The notes under the pieces are model-generated. The model had not been told where the DNA came from and made no database searches. It saw only the letters and a list, made by a program, of their open reading frames with translations. A DNA stretch of 64,000 nucleotides from Selaginella moellendorffii (taxonomy: Eukaryota > Plantae > Lycopodiophyta): the NCBI RefSeq assembly GCF_000143415.4, contig NW_003314284.1:1745715-1809714 (forward strand). The letters run 5' to 3'. This document shows positions 1 to 11,703 of the stretch, in pieces (positions within the stretch are counted from its first letter, which is position 1; the number at the start of each line of letters is the position of its first letter). The translations under genes were made by a program, and so were the position numbers.

Positions 1-440
1 TTTGCCATATCCATTTGCCCTGTTTCGGCATATGCATTAACCATAGCATTCCACGCAACCAGGTCTTTGTCTGGCATGTTTCGGAAGATCTTCGAAGCAT
101 CTCCTATATTCCCGTTTTGTGCATACAACGTCAGCATGATGGTCCATGCTGCCTTGTCTGGCCTTTCGACGTCGCCAAAGAGCTTCTCGGCCTCGCAGAT
201 AAGCCCATTGCGGGCATATGCCGAGAGCATTAAGGAGCACGAGAAGGTATCTCTGGACACGATGCTGTCGTACACCTTCCGGGCATGCTCCACGCTGCCG
301 CACCTCCCGTACATCTCGATAAGCTTGTTTGCCAGGAAAGTATCGCCATTGGCAGCCGGGATGCGTGCGTGAATTAGCACGGCGTTGGAGAGGCTCTTGC
401 AACATTGGATCTCTCGGAGGCATTCGAAGCGATCCAGCTC
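1..440 (-). CDS. PLS-class PPR protein, 5' part (runs off left edge; start uncertain)
   Basis: Manual minus-strand translation (not on ORF track): LREIQCCKSLSNAVLIHARIPAANGDTFLANKLIEMYGRCGSVEHARKVYDSIVSRDTFSCSLMLSAYARNG...KDLVAWNAMVNAYAETGQMDMA. The frame is open to the window edge and has no in-frame ATG before an upstream TAG/acceptor near 450. Confidence 0.85.
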
Positions 441-1634
441 AAGCTCGAACTAAAACAACCTCTATCACTGATTCGTCTACAACAAAACTCTCCCACCGTC
501 AAGATACTCCCCCTAATTTGGCAGGTAGTATCAATCCTCACAATTCTTCCCCTGTGAGAAAACTCCAAGAAAACCAAGTTCTGCCACACGAGCCATTGGA
601 TGGTGTTTTCCCTCTATACTCCAGCGGAAGACTAGTAATAGCAGATATTCAGGGTAGATTCTCCATCCATGTTGACATGTTGCATACATTTGGGCTCGCA
701 AAACCAGGGATGGCAATTACAAGGCTCCAGTGAGTTTTTCTTACTCCAACTTGGCCTCTTCCTAGCCACTCTCAGCTCTATGAATTCTCTAAAGAGTTTC
801 CTTTATTGTTATCAAACTGATTGGAGCAGAAAATAGACAACTACCTAGAACGACCATCAAAACTGTGTGAAAACCAATCCATGATAGAGCTTATAACTCC
901 AGTTGATTTATACATCCCATAAGCAACATTCACCAAAAACACCCCACTACTTTTTGCAGTATTACACAGTCTGAGATGGACTAAAAGCATGTTCAAATTT
1001 GCAAATTTACTCCTAGTGATAGGGATTCTTGCTGAAAGGTGCAATAATTCTCTCTCGGCAATAGGGGTTCATTTAAAAAGTTTGTGTTCTCTGTTAAATT
1101 TGGATAATGAATTTAGTTTATTATAATTAGCTAACAGCATTTTGAAATAAAATAACTAAACAAATCTTTGTGGTGTTAGAATTTTCACTATAACCTTCCT
1201 CTGCAACTCTTCTTCTTCGTCATGGCCACCATTCCCAAGAAGGCTTCTACAGCTAAGTCAATCTAGTATGTTCTTGCTGTTAAACCTCTAGAGAGAGAAA
1301 AAGAAAAAGAAAAACTAACAATATTCTAGTGTAGGACCTTAAGTCCAAGTCAAGACATTCCTTACAATATTGTAAACATGTAAGAAATAATTTCCCTTCA
1401 CATGTTTGATAGACTTCCATGGGATAAGTTCCACTTTCAATACCTTTGGTTACACTAAAAACTAGAGAAATCTAGAGAATCCATTATTTCCAACTAGGAA
1501 AGGATTCAACACTTATTGCACTATCAGTGCCTTTTTTATTAGTGCTTAATTGCATTGCTTTATACATCACTTATTAAAGTATATAATATTATAAGAATTT
1601 TTTAAAAAAAATTTATTTTTTATTTTATTTTAAA

Positions 1635-2537
1635 TTATTTTAAACATAAATTATGTTTATAAGTTTTAGTTGACCAAAAGGGTTTATTAGGAAAACTAGA
1701 TGAATATAAAACTAAATTACAATCATTTTGAAGACTTAAAAATGTTGGAAAAGTACAAATAGGATTTTTCTTACAAAATAAATTTGTTCTCCACTCTACT
1801 TTGTATAATGATGAAAATAAAATTATATTTCCACTAATTTGATTTTGTAGAAAGCAGTTAATATAATTTCTCTTTCCAGTGTTTGTTTCCCAAATAATAT
1901 TTTGTCCAGAATAAAGTACAAGATTACAGTTTAAATGTAGTAGTAATATATTTTTTTTATTTGGAGATATTAGAAAATTTTCTTGAAATAAAGTATGATA
2001 GTGGTTTAGCTTTTTTCCACTTATTAATATGCTTACAAAAACATAGCAATCATTTAATGATTTTGGTTTATTCATAGATGAATTAATATAATATTCAGGA
2101 TTTTCAGGTTCTGATATACCATCCCGATCATAATAAATTTCAAACTTTTTAGAAGTAATTCTTATGGAATTTGCAGCAGCAAATAATATTTTATCAAAAT
2201 ATTTTTGATATAATCTTCTAAGCCCTTCATATAAAGAACGTCCTAAAGTATAACCATATTCTCCACTTGCTTCACAATTAGGAGTATTTCCTGTATAACG
2301 TGAAATTTTAATAAGAACAATTCCACTAGTTAAAACTATTGATATACTATCAGACCAATTTAATGGATAATCTTCTTTCTTCTGATCAATAAAAGCTATT
2401 AATCTATCAATAGCATCAACAATTGTACTCATATCAACATCATTTATGCTATTTGGAAAACTAAATTCTGTATTATCACCATATATGAATTTCAATAATT
2501 GTATTATTAAAAAGCAAAGAGTAGTATATTTACCCAT
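1635..2537 (-). CDS. Secreted protein: signal peptide + unknown ~165-aa domain + C-terminal bulb-type (GNA/B-type) mannose-binding lectin domain
   Basis: Intact 300-codon intronless ORF with a hydrophobic N-terminus. Three beta-prism II subdomains: HLNCNLVLY..IWETNT, QISGNIILF..WRTN, QNDCNLVLY..FWSTKT. The last is a perfect QxDxNxVxY. Confidence 0.8.
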   Translation of the reverse strand: MGKYTTLCFLIIQLLKFIYGDNTEFSFPNSINDVDMSTIVDAIDRLIAFIDQKKEDYPLNWSDSISIVLTSGIVLIKISRYTGNTPNCEASGEYGYTLGRSLYEGLRRLYQKYFDKILFAAANSIRITSKKFEIYYDRDGISEPENPEYYINSSMNKPKSLNDCYVFVSILISGKKLNHYHTLFQENFLISPNKKNILLLHLNCNLVLYSGQNIIWETNTGKRNYINCFLQNQISGNIILFSSLYKVEWRTNLFCKKNPICTFPTFLSLQNDCNLVLYSSSFPNKPFWSTKTYKHNLCLK

Positions 2538-2887
2538 ATATATTTATCTTCTACAAATAATGAATATATACTATATAAAAATCAATTTTATATAAATAAC
2601 ACATTTGAAGTTCTCCATCCAATTGAGCAATATGGCAGTTAAGGGCCACTATAGTCTAAAGCAATTAAACAAAGTAGCATGTCATGTGTTATATGGGCCC
2701 ATCAAAAGACTATACACTTGCCAAATGTGATTAAAGTTACAAGCCTAAGAGACTTATATAACTATACATTTGCCAAAAATGACTGAAGTTATATTCTATG
2801 TATGATGGAGAAAAACCATTAAGCCTATAACTTGGTTTGTTCTCTATTCTTTGTATTTTGAACAAATGGGTAGTTGTAAAATGCACA

Positions 2888-3245
2888 AAGCATAACTTTG
2901 TCATTTAGCTAATTTGAGCATAGTGTTATACTTTATACTCAAGGATAAACAAAGTTTTTTAGAACTTAGTGCACTCTTTATATATTATTTTAGTAGTATT
3001 GTGTGAAAAATGCCTGATAAAGTCACTTAATTATGAAAGGATTTGTACACTTAAGAGGTGAAGCATAATTTTATCACTTATCTAATTTAAGCATAATGTC
3101 ATGCTTTGTGCTCAAGGATAGAATTTACTATGCTTTAGCAAAGTTTTTTAGAAGTACACTCTCTATATATTGTTTTAGCAATATTATGTGAAAATTGCCC
3201 AATAAAGTCACTTAATTGTGAAAGGATTTGTATACTCAATAGGTG
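2888..3245. repeat. Degenerate two-copy tandem repeat (~175-185 bp unit)
   Basis: aagcataa...ctcaaggata...caaagttttttagaa...taaagtcacttaatt.tgaaaggatttgta.act.aa.aggtg occurs at 2888-3060 and 3061-3245. Confidence 0.8.
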
Positions 3246-3669
3246 TAAAATAACATTTACATATGGGGTAGAGACATTTTATTTATATTATTTTTTCACT
3301 TTTGACTAAAGAGTGATAGAGCAAAGGAAGTATGAAGGCTTTGTAATGAAATGAAATATATAAACCATAATAGACATGACAAAGCATGCTAAAAAAGATG
3401 AGGGCATTTTCAAGCTATAACAATATAACAATGCATATAAAATTATGGCAATAGGTTATAATTAGGATTTTATAGCTATGTAGGTGTCTAAAATAAAATT
3501 TTGATATATAGAGAATTTGGACAAAGTGTGAAATCAATATGGCTTTGAGATCACTCTTAGCAATTACCTTAAATTAGGATGAGGACCCATAGAGGTTATG
3601 AGTGAGATTCCTCTAAATGGTCATTAAAATGACTAAAGTAGAATAAAAAATTTAATTGCTTACAATTAA

Positions 3670-3960
3670 TTTGTTAATAAAGTAATTACTTTCTTTTCAA
3701 AGAGCTCAAATAAATTAGAAGTACTTGTGACAGTGAAGCAAAAATTTAACTATGCAATACTAAAGTTGTATAGAATTCAAAACATTAGATGATTGAGTTG
3801 GTAGAGAGCTATTGGGTGTTATACAAATGTTTAAAGACTGTTCAAATCAGCCCACAAAGAAGGCTTAGAACTTTTGTCACATATACATTCTTCATTTCTT
3901 ATGGGATATTCTAATAGTCATAAATGACTAAAGTTTTGAGTTTCAAAAGGAAATTATTAA
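3670..3960 (+). mobile_element. Fossil hAT-superfamily (ZNF862-like) transposase, middle part
   Basis: FVNKVITFFSKSSNKLEVLVTVKQKFNYAILKLYRIQNIR*LSW*RAI (RW motif decayed to R*) then, after a frameshift, YILHFLWDILIVIND*SFEFQKEIIN. Confidence 0.7.
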
Positions 3961-4985
3961 TGTCATGGTTGTGGGATGTATATAGAGCAACTATAGTTAT
4001 ATAACCCTCCCGCAATCATGATATTAATAATTTCTTGATTATCTAATGTTTCTCTACAACCCTCCCATAACGTTATTATCTAAGTAATAGAGCTTTATAC
4101 AATAGCTCTATAGTTGTATAGAGCAATATAGAGTAGTAAAGATTTAACTTTATTACTTGAATAATGAGGTTAATTGTAATATAAACTTCCCTAATAACAT
4201 TATAAACAACTAAATTTTCCATTCTACTTTAGTCACTTACATCTATCCAACCACCACTACTTTGGCCTTAGTTAAGCTCCCTCGCCAAAATTCCCACTTA
4301 TTATATTAGCTTTTACTTGGTCCTATTTAATTTTAACAACTCACTACACAAGCAATAGAACATTAACCATCTATCCATGGATTCCCAAATTCTCTTTCAA
4401 TCCCCCTTCTTGAATTAAATTGGACTTAAGGTTCAATTACACTTCCTACAAGCACAAGCAACCAAGCACACCAAGCCTCTAAGTCCCTAACATCTTTTAG
4501 TACAACAAAACTTGATCATGGGACTCTCTAAATCCCAAGCCTTGGATGTAATACTTACTTCGGGACACTAGGGGAAACACTGTGGTTTAATGGCTCGATA
4601 TAGGTACCCTTACTCCCGCATTTCCATCCAAAAGGGAAGGCCCAAGCCTCTAGGAAGGGGCGAAAACCAATGAGCTATAAGATACTCAAGTGGGGCACCA
4701 CTCCATATAAGCCAGAAGCACTATAGTCATGTCCCTTCTAGGAATGGGAGTTGCTCTTGAGCATTTTCTTGGGTGGCCCCTCCAACACCACTCCAATCCA
4801 TGCTCACTCCCACCTGATGCCCTTAGGCCCTAGTCTCAACCTCAAGTTAGTTTGGAAATACCACTAGAGAGTTCTTTCAAGATTGATTCCTAGACCTCAC
4901 TATCCCTACTATACTTTTAGAACCCTCTACAGCATCCCCCTTGGGAAACACACGCTTTAGGCTTTCACCCCACGACCTAAATTAG

Positions 4986-5195
4986 TATTTGGACTTGGTC
5001 TCACACTTGATCTTGGACTTAGTTTTGGACCTGATGTCGGACTCAGTTTCGGACCTGATGTCGGACTCAGTCTCAAACCCAATCTCAGATCTTGGACTTG
5101 GTCTTGAACTCGGTCTCAGAGTTGGTCTTGAACTCGATCTCAAACTCGGTCTCAAACTCGATCTTGGATTCAATCTCAAACTCAGTCTCATTCGA
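4986..5195. repeat. Degenerate array of ~12-bp units (ctcggtctcaaa-like, 24-bp higher-order)
   Basis: ggacctgatgtcggactcagt x2, ggtcttgaactcg x2, tctcaaactcg repeats. These generate the two low-complexity ORFs on the track. Confidence 0.8.
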
Positions 5196-5599
5196 TAAAC
5201 TTTTTATCATTCCAATCGTGATTTCAGGGTTCCTTTAGTCTCCAATATCTCAGAGAGTTGATTCTTTACAATAACCATACCCTTGGTCACTAAACAAAAG
5301 GATCACTCTTCTTTCTTTCTATGAACTAGGATTTTGGGATGACATTTCGAAACACCACAACCCAACTTAGTCCTAACACTTCTATATATCATGACACTTG
5401 CTATGTGTCAGTCCCTCTTATGTCCCTTTCTAAAGACTCACTTATTAATTGCTTTATACTCATTCCTAAAGCACTTCGTTGGGAGGTCTACTCCCACTCT
5501 CAATTTTTTGAGTTAGAACTTTTAATCCAAATGTGTTATATTTGTTGGACTTCCACTTTGACCACTACCATATGGCACCCTTTCAACCCCACTTTGGGG

Positions 5600-6310
5600 T
5601 TTAAAAATTTGTGCCTTACAAATATATGTGATCAAGTTAATTCATATAGTGGGAGTAGTAGTGGTCTTTTAATTGCACTCACAAAGGTGCAATTAAAGGA
5701 TTACAAATGCTTAAATGCTTAAATAGGTAGGATTTACAAGAGGCATTGATATTTATGAGATATTTGTATATATGCCCAAAGAAAGCATCAAGAATGGATT
5801 ACTTAAGGCTATTTTGGGTCCTTTTACATTAATAAAGGTCTTAGTTACTATCAATCTTCCATCAATTATGTGTGACATGAAAGGTTATAGAGTTGCTAAG
5901 CAAAAAGAATTTATTCCATTTTATGGAACACTAAAAGTAGAAGGAGAGTTCATGAATGGTAGTGTGGGCTCATGTTTAATTCTTGAGGAATATGGTTTTT
6001 GAAAATGTATAACTATTGAAGAGCAAAAGAGAAGAGGTTTCATTGATACATAGGGAGTTATTCATAAACATTTATCTTGGATGGACAAATTTCCCACCTT
6101 GGTGAAAATTGGCATGATGTAATATTGCAATATTGCTAGTTGCAAACATGGATATAGTAGAATTAATCTAATGAAAACAACATTTAGGAATAAACTTTCC
6201 ACTAAGTCAATAGATGAAAATCTCATGATTAGCTTAGAAGGGCCATTTATTGAAACATTTAACTTTGAGAGAGCTATTGGAGAGTGGAAAAACTCAGCTC
6301 ACTATTAACA
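5600..6310 (+). mobile_element. Fossil hAT transposase, C-terminal part with hAT dimerisation domain
   Basis: DLQEALIF...; WMDKFPTLVKIGMM*YCNIASCKHGYSRINLMKTTFRNKLSTKSIDENLMISLEGPFIETFNFERAIGEWKNSA matches the CERGFS..N.IKT.LRNRL....L..LM.ISLEGP consensus. Confidence 0.85.
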
Positions 6311-7524
6311 AATTTTTATTATATAATACTAATGTGAGTTTTAGGTTTGGATGTTATAAACCATGTTAAAAGGCTTGAGCTAATTCATTCTTGCTCTAAA
6401 CTCTAAGTCTTCGGGCAAGGTCATTGTTTCCCTTTGATTTCAAAAAATGGCTACTCTAGCTCACAAGAGTTTATTGGTTCTAATGAATACCTATTTTTTC
6501 CGAAATCCATGTTATCTATCTGAAATTGCTGCTAACTTATGATCATGAAATCTGAGCGCTACAAGGAGAGCGAAATTTCTATTAAATGTTTCCTGATCTT
6601 GCGCTTAGCTTCCTTGATGAGATTCACAGTGTGGTTAGCTTGCTAGAGTAGGAATGGAGATTAACAAGGTGCTCTTGGCCTGAAGAAACCACTAGGCAAC
6701 AAATCAACCACAACAACTCCATTGTTTGCATTATGGCAAATTGTTATCTAGAGACAAACTTTGCTACACAAGAATTGGGTGAGCTTAATTGAGATGAGAA
6801 AAATTTCTATGATTTCTTGTGTTGGAAAGGCCTCGTGTGACATGCAGTGAACATTAAACTCATAAAGGCTATTGAATTCTCCATCTAAGTATTTGCTCGC
6901 AATTGCTTCAAAGAATAGCTTCGCAACACTGGATCTTGAGGGCCTAATTGGGAAGAAGCTTATAATGCAGTTAGCAAGTAGAACAGGGCAAGGGATAACT
7001 TGAGTTGGTCAGCATCTTTCAAAGAAGGGACAAAGAAATTTGAGGTGAAATCTAGTTAACACAGTTGAATACTATAGATGCTTATGGTGGTGGAGATGTG
7101 TTTGGGCTTGATGATCTCTTGGACTTTGGAAACTACTTCCTCTGAGAATTAAATTGGCATGGCTGGGATAGAAGATTATCATTAGCCCTTTTTTATACTT
7201 CCAAAAGCTTGCCTTGAAATCCAACTAGTTGAGCATCTCCAATTATAGTGGACAAAGAAGTTAATGAAGTAAGCATTTGTTAATTCCTTCTTGATACTTT
7301 GGTTCCTTCATAATCTTTTTTAGTGGTTGTGACTTATCATCCTTCTATATTTAAAAGAGTAAGGGTGACATATTCTATCGAGATTCTTTTCAAGCTTAAT
7401 GGTGGAGATGAAAACACATGGCAAAAAAACAGTTGAGGGTGAAACGTGTTTTTTATAGTTTTTTTCAATGCATTTTTCCAGGAGAGCTTATCACCGCGGC
7501 TGCACACCATGAGGTTCACTGCAT

Positions 7525-8104
7525 GATTGCATTGGTTCTTACGTTATATACTTTGTGCTCATGAATCTTTCCTTTACTGTCCAATTTGTACTCAAAGATG
7601 CCATCAAAGAGACCTCCACAGCACTTGTGGAATCGTGAACAGACCATTTGATCACAATAGTGTGCTGTCCAAAGGCTGCCAGGCACTCAAGATTTCCACC
7701 CAGATCGACTTGAAAAGCATTCTACCATTCAGCCGGAGCACCTGTATAATACACTTGTAAGTCTGTGAAAGCAGTTTACTGGATCTCTGAAAGAGATGTC
7801 CTCTCTGCACCATTCAAGATAAGCGACTCTACGTTTACTTCATTCTCCTGTATATTTGATAGCTCAGATCTCCATGGAACAGAACAGGCAGCTCCTCCCT
7901 GAAAGTCTTGATGACATAGCCTACATTGACATGGTAATCCAGACTTCCTTCCTTGCTCTTTGCTACTAACAGATCCTCTACTTTGCTATTCAGCTTGGTT
8001 GAGAGATTGCAATAATTCACTTGAAGAGGTTGCTTGAATCTATCTCTGCTGCTATATGCCAAGCTCGGCACTACCTCTAACGGAAGCAGCTCACTACACA
8101 CCAT
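7525..8104 (-). pseudogene. DUF2358 (NTF2/SnoaL-like) plant protein pseudogene
   Basis: DYHVNVGYVIKTFREELPVLFHGDLSYQIY | EDISFRDPVNCF / YKCIIQVLRLNGRMLFKSIWVEILSAWQP / IVIKWSVH / FDGIFEYKLDSKGKIHEHKVYNV. Several frameshifts; one intron retained. Confidence 0.8.
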
Positions 8105-8249
8105 CTTGTCAAGTTCGCTGCAAACTGAATATTGTCTTCCTCAGTCAAGCTGATTTCTTCCAGTTCTTCATGCCAAACAATGGTATGGCACTCTTAAGTT
8201 CGAGGTAAAAAGCTTTCACATTTTGTTTGTCAAGCTACCTTGGTTGACT

Positions 8250-9960
8250 TGCACAGGCTTAACCTCAGCGAGTCCATCTATCCACTGGCAAGTTCTCAGT
8301 GTTGAGAATAGCGAGCCAAGTGGCAGTGACTGAAGAGGTGAGTTTTCTATTTTTGATGCTTTTAGCTCCCTAGCAAACATCTGTATTCTCTTTTCTTCTT
8401 CTCTAGATTACTGACAACCTTGCTTGGAATGTATTACAGTCATACACATTGGAGATTAAGTTTCTTGAAGCTCTCTGATGCTTCAAACAAAAGGCAAGCA
8501 CTGCCACCGTCAAGCATACATGACAATTGGCTTCAAGAAGATGATGGCTAGGTTTATGAGTTTTGCAGTTGTCAATTTTGCAACTGTTCTTGGCTCTTCT
8601 GTATCTGCCAAGTGAGTATTTCCGAGATATGACTCGATTTCTGATGTTGAAGCATGTGAAGCTTTTATGCAGTTTTGGTCAGAGTCTAGAACAATGCACT
8701 GGATCTTTGCACAGAAACACGGAAAACATTCAAAATAACCCAGCACTTGAGGTGATATGCTCATTAACATTTGTGATTTGTTTATCTCGAGGCATCTTTT
8801 TTTAGGCACTTTGAGCATTGACTTACACGGGAACTTTCATTGGTGGGGGCAATGATTCTAGCAAAGAAGGCTCTGGAAGAAGCTTATATTACGAAGCAGA
8901 TGATCTGTTTTCAGACCTCTTGAAAGATGAAAATGAAGGCTCAGCATTAACAAGAAGTGACTATATCGCTTTTAAGGTTACAAAGGTCCACCTTGCAGGA
9001 ACATCATTGGTTGTATCCTGGAATGAAGGCTACGTTGGAAGCAGCAATGGGGTACATGCTCTAAAATTTATCCCGCAGCTTTTGCAAGTCTATTTCGACG
9101 TTGCATTGCAAGATATGAGCAATTGTAAGTTCCAAACCTTTGCATTTAATCCGCTGCTCTTTGTATGTTTAGCACTACTCTGCACTCTTTTACCTATGGT
9201 CTTCTTCAGAATCAAAGCCATGTTTCCGGATAAGGCATTTTCAATTGAGGTAAGCAAGATTAGTTTACTCATAAGCTGACTCATGTTTTAAATCAGGTCC
9301 AACAAACGTGTTGTCAGTTTGTGCACACTTTCTTCAAGAAATCTCCTCAATTCATTGCTCTTTGAAGGTAAGCCTTTCTTATCTATTTGAAGTTGTTATC
9401 CCAAAAGAAGTAAAAACATTGCAGAAGCCCATCACCAGTCAACCTCAAACAAGTGACAGTAAAGTAAGATGGATTTCACAATGTTTGAGTGTTAAACTTC
9501 TATTACATTTACTAGACTGAGCTTCCTTTGCAACTATGCTGAGTGGTTGGAGACCATGGGGGTGGTGGTACTTGTTTCAAGGATGGTGTAAGAGAGCTCT
9601 TTGAAACTTTGGAGTTGGTTCTCTACAAAAATCTCTTCTTATGGTAATTGAAAATTCTCACTGTTTATGTTGTGTCTAATCTTCACAAACATCCAGGCAT
9701 AAAACTTCTGCCATCCCGGCCCAGTCCCGGCTGCTATTTTTTGTCATAACCGCCATAGCAAAGCTTGCAACGTGCCATTGAGAGCTCTTGCCTAGAGCTC
9801 GAGTGCTAAGGTTTGTTTTTTTTTTTTGTCTTCTCTAAGGAACTTTCTTGAGTTTAAGTTGCTGTTCTTGATGAAGGTGGCACAATCACATCAACTACTC
9901 AAAAAGACTGTCTGGAGAAGAATTGAAGATCACCATTGCTGCCTACGACTGAGTCCCTGG
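8250..9960 (+). pseudogene. AP-5 complex subunit zeta pseudogene fragment
   Basis: YYEADDLFSDLLKDENE; LQLC*VVGDHGGGGTCFKDGVRELFETLELVLY; QSRLLFFVITAIAKLATCH*ELLPRARV; VAQSH..VWRR. In-frame TGA at 9540 and 9779; small introns retained. The left bound is approximate. Confidence 0.75.
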
Positions 9961-10099
9961 AGTGGAGAAGCTGGTGATGAATACAAAGATGGACCTTGCC
10001 TTGCAGCTTATACAGCATGAGAAGCCCGAGGGCTTGCTACATTAGTACAAGGCCATGGAGCTGTCCACAAAGTTCAATTTGTTTCTCACATGTCCAAGA

Positions 10100-10542
10100 A
10101 GATTTGGCCCCCCGTCGATCACAACATGGTCAGATGCTACTAGCATTTTGGACAAATATTCACAGGTTATACTTCCCACCAAAGGATCAACTACATGGAA
10201 ATAAGTTCAAGAAAAACAAAGAGAAAACTCACAAGGATCTGGCTCACCCAGCAATGCACAAATTGAAACAAAACTTTGCAAATTGTAAGAGCTGGACTTT
10301 AATTCTCCTTGAGAGTTTTCAAGAAGATCTGTCCACTAGGATGAATGTTGCAGTGATAGATTCACGTTTTAAACACCACCTACATTTTCCAATAAGAGAT
10401 AAGATCTTTGAATTCTTCCTCCTTTCCACATTATCTTGAGAGGCTTTAATGAATAATCGCTGGGGATGCTAATTTTGACCTTATAAAGGGATCCTATGAG
10501 ATCAAGAAGAATTTCTTCAAAAGTTGAGAATTGAGCTAAGAA
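10100..10542. repeat. ~440-bp dispersed direct repeat, copy 1
   Basis: agatttggccccccgtcgatcacaacatgg...gagaattgagctaagaa recurs at 12355-12796 with scattered substitutions (near-identical ORFs on track). Confidence 0.9.
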
Positions 10543-10691
10543 GTCTATCTGATGGACTGACGATTGTGGAGACCCACTCATAGAAATTATTGGCCTTTGG
10601 ACTGGCAAAGCAATTCTCTAGTGGATCTCTGTGAGCTTCTTCTGGATTTGCTTCGCCCCACTGTGCCAAACCACTCATAACCTTTTGGAGT

Positions 10692-10826
10692 AGATTGTAA
10701 ATCAGCTGTTTACAAATATTTTTAATTCATTAATTATTTTATTAATATTATTATTGAATTAATAATGAATGAATTAAATAATTATAATTAAATATTACAT
10801 TAGCTGATTCTGCTAATTTACAATCT
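10692..10826. mobile_element. MITE-like AT-rich element with 15-bp terminal inverted repeats
   Basis: AGATTGTAAATCAGC (10692-10706) versus GCTAATTTACAATCT (10812-10826): 14/15 inverted match. The interior is almost pure A/T; no clear TSD. Confidence 0.45.
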
Positions 10827-10849
10827 TTTATTTCTATCCACTCAAAACC

Positions 10850-11525
10850 TTTATGATACACATGCTACAATGTGAACAATACTCAGCCAAGGACATTCAA
10901 CCATTCCCCACTTGGAGCATGTCGGGATCTGAAAGAGAGAAGCTTGAGAAATTTATGCAAAGCCAACCATTGATCTCACTATTCCAGCCTTTGGGATGCC
11001 CACAAATTGTTGGCATCAACTAGCAACTCTATACTGCAAGCAAAACTGGTCATAGAAGGGAAAAAGAAGAAGAGCTAGGAGAACTTTACCATGGCTATCT
11101 GACTTTAGTGATGTCTGTCAGCTATTCACATACTTCCCAGCCCACATGGTTGGATGATCTGCTCCCCTATGCACAGAAACATGAGCTCTTATATCGCAAG
11201 AGATAGCAAGAAAAAAAAAATTAATTACCACTCACACATTGCATAGAAGATAGGATCTTTGCTTTTGTTGAGAGCCTTACTCACTGGGTGGTGGTGTTGC
11301 TCCATTTCTGAGATGCAAACATTGTTTGCATACTGAGCATGAGAAGGCTGATTTTTCTTGTGAAAGCAATTTTCATACTTGAGATAGTCAGTTCCCTATA
11401 CGAGAAGAAATAACTCAATTGACATGTTGAAATGGAACAAAATTAGCATGTTTACTGTACTTGTGTCTTGAAACTCGTGGCTCTTTGAAGCCACTCAATG
11501 GCATTTACAAGTCATTCTCCTGGAA
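10850..11525 (-). pseudogene. Alpha-galactosidase (GH27) pseudogene fragment
   Basis: Minus-strand exon remnants in collinear order: SKSHEFQD; KYENC; GADHPTMWAGKYVNS*; ANNLWAS; DPDMLQVGNG*MSLAEYCSHCSM (canonical DPDMLEVGNGGM..EYRSHFS). Confidence 0.75.
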
Positions 11526-11703
11526 AACATCTACAAATGATAAGTTGTTCATTGGAAAAAAGAACTCTCTACCTTCCAGTAAATTTGACCAGATCATTAC
11601 CTGTACTTTTGAGATCCATATTGAGATCTTTTAGCTTTCCTATCATTACCGCATCCTTGATCTCTGTATGGACAAAAAAATGTTTTCTATTCTACATCTT
11701 CTT

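Noticed and set aside
450-1080. ORFs 329..733, 374..589, 531..716, 841..1044
   Set aside because: No recognisable motifs; short or alternative-start ORFs.
1174-1320. Possible solo LTR (TGTTAG...CTAACA)
   Set aside because: Flanks do not form a TSD and no second copy is present in the window.
4982-5198. RS-rich and L/D-rich ORFs, or a CRISPR-like array
   Set aside because: By-products of a 12-bp degenerate tandem array; there are no unique spacers and the context is eukaryotic.
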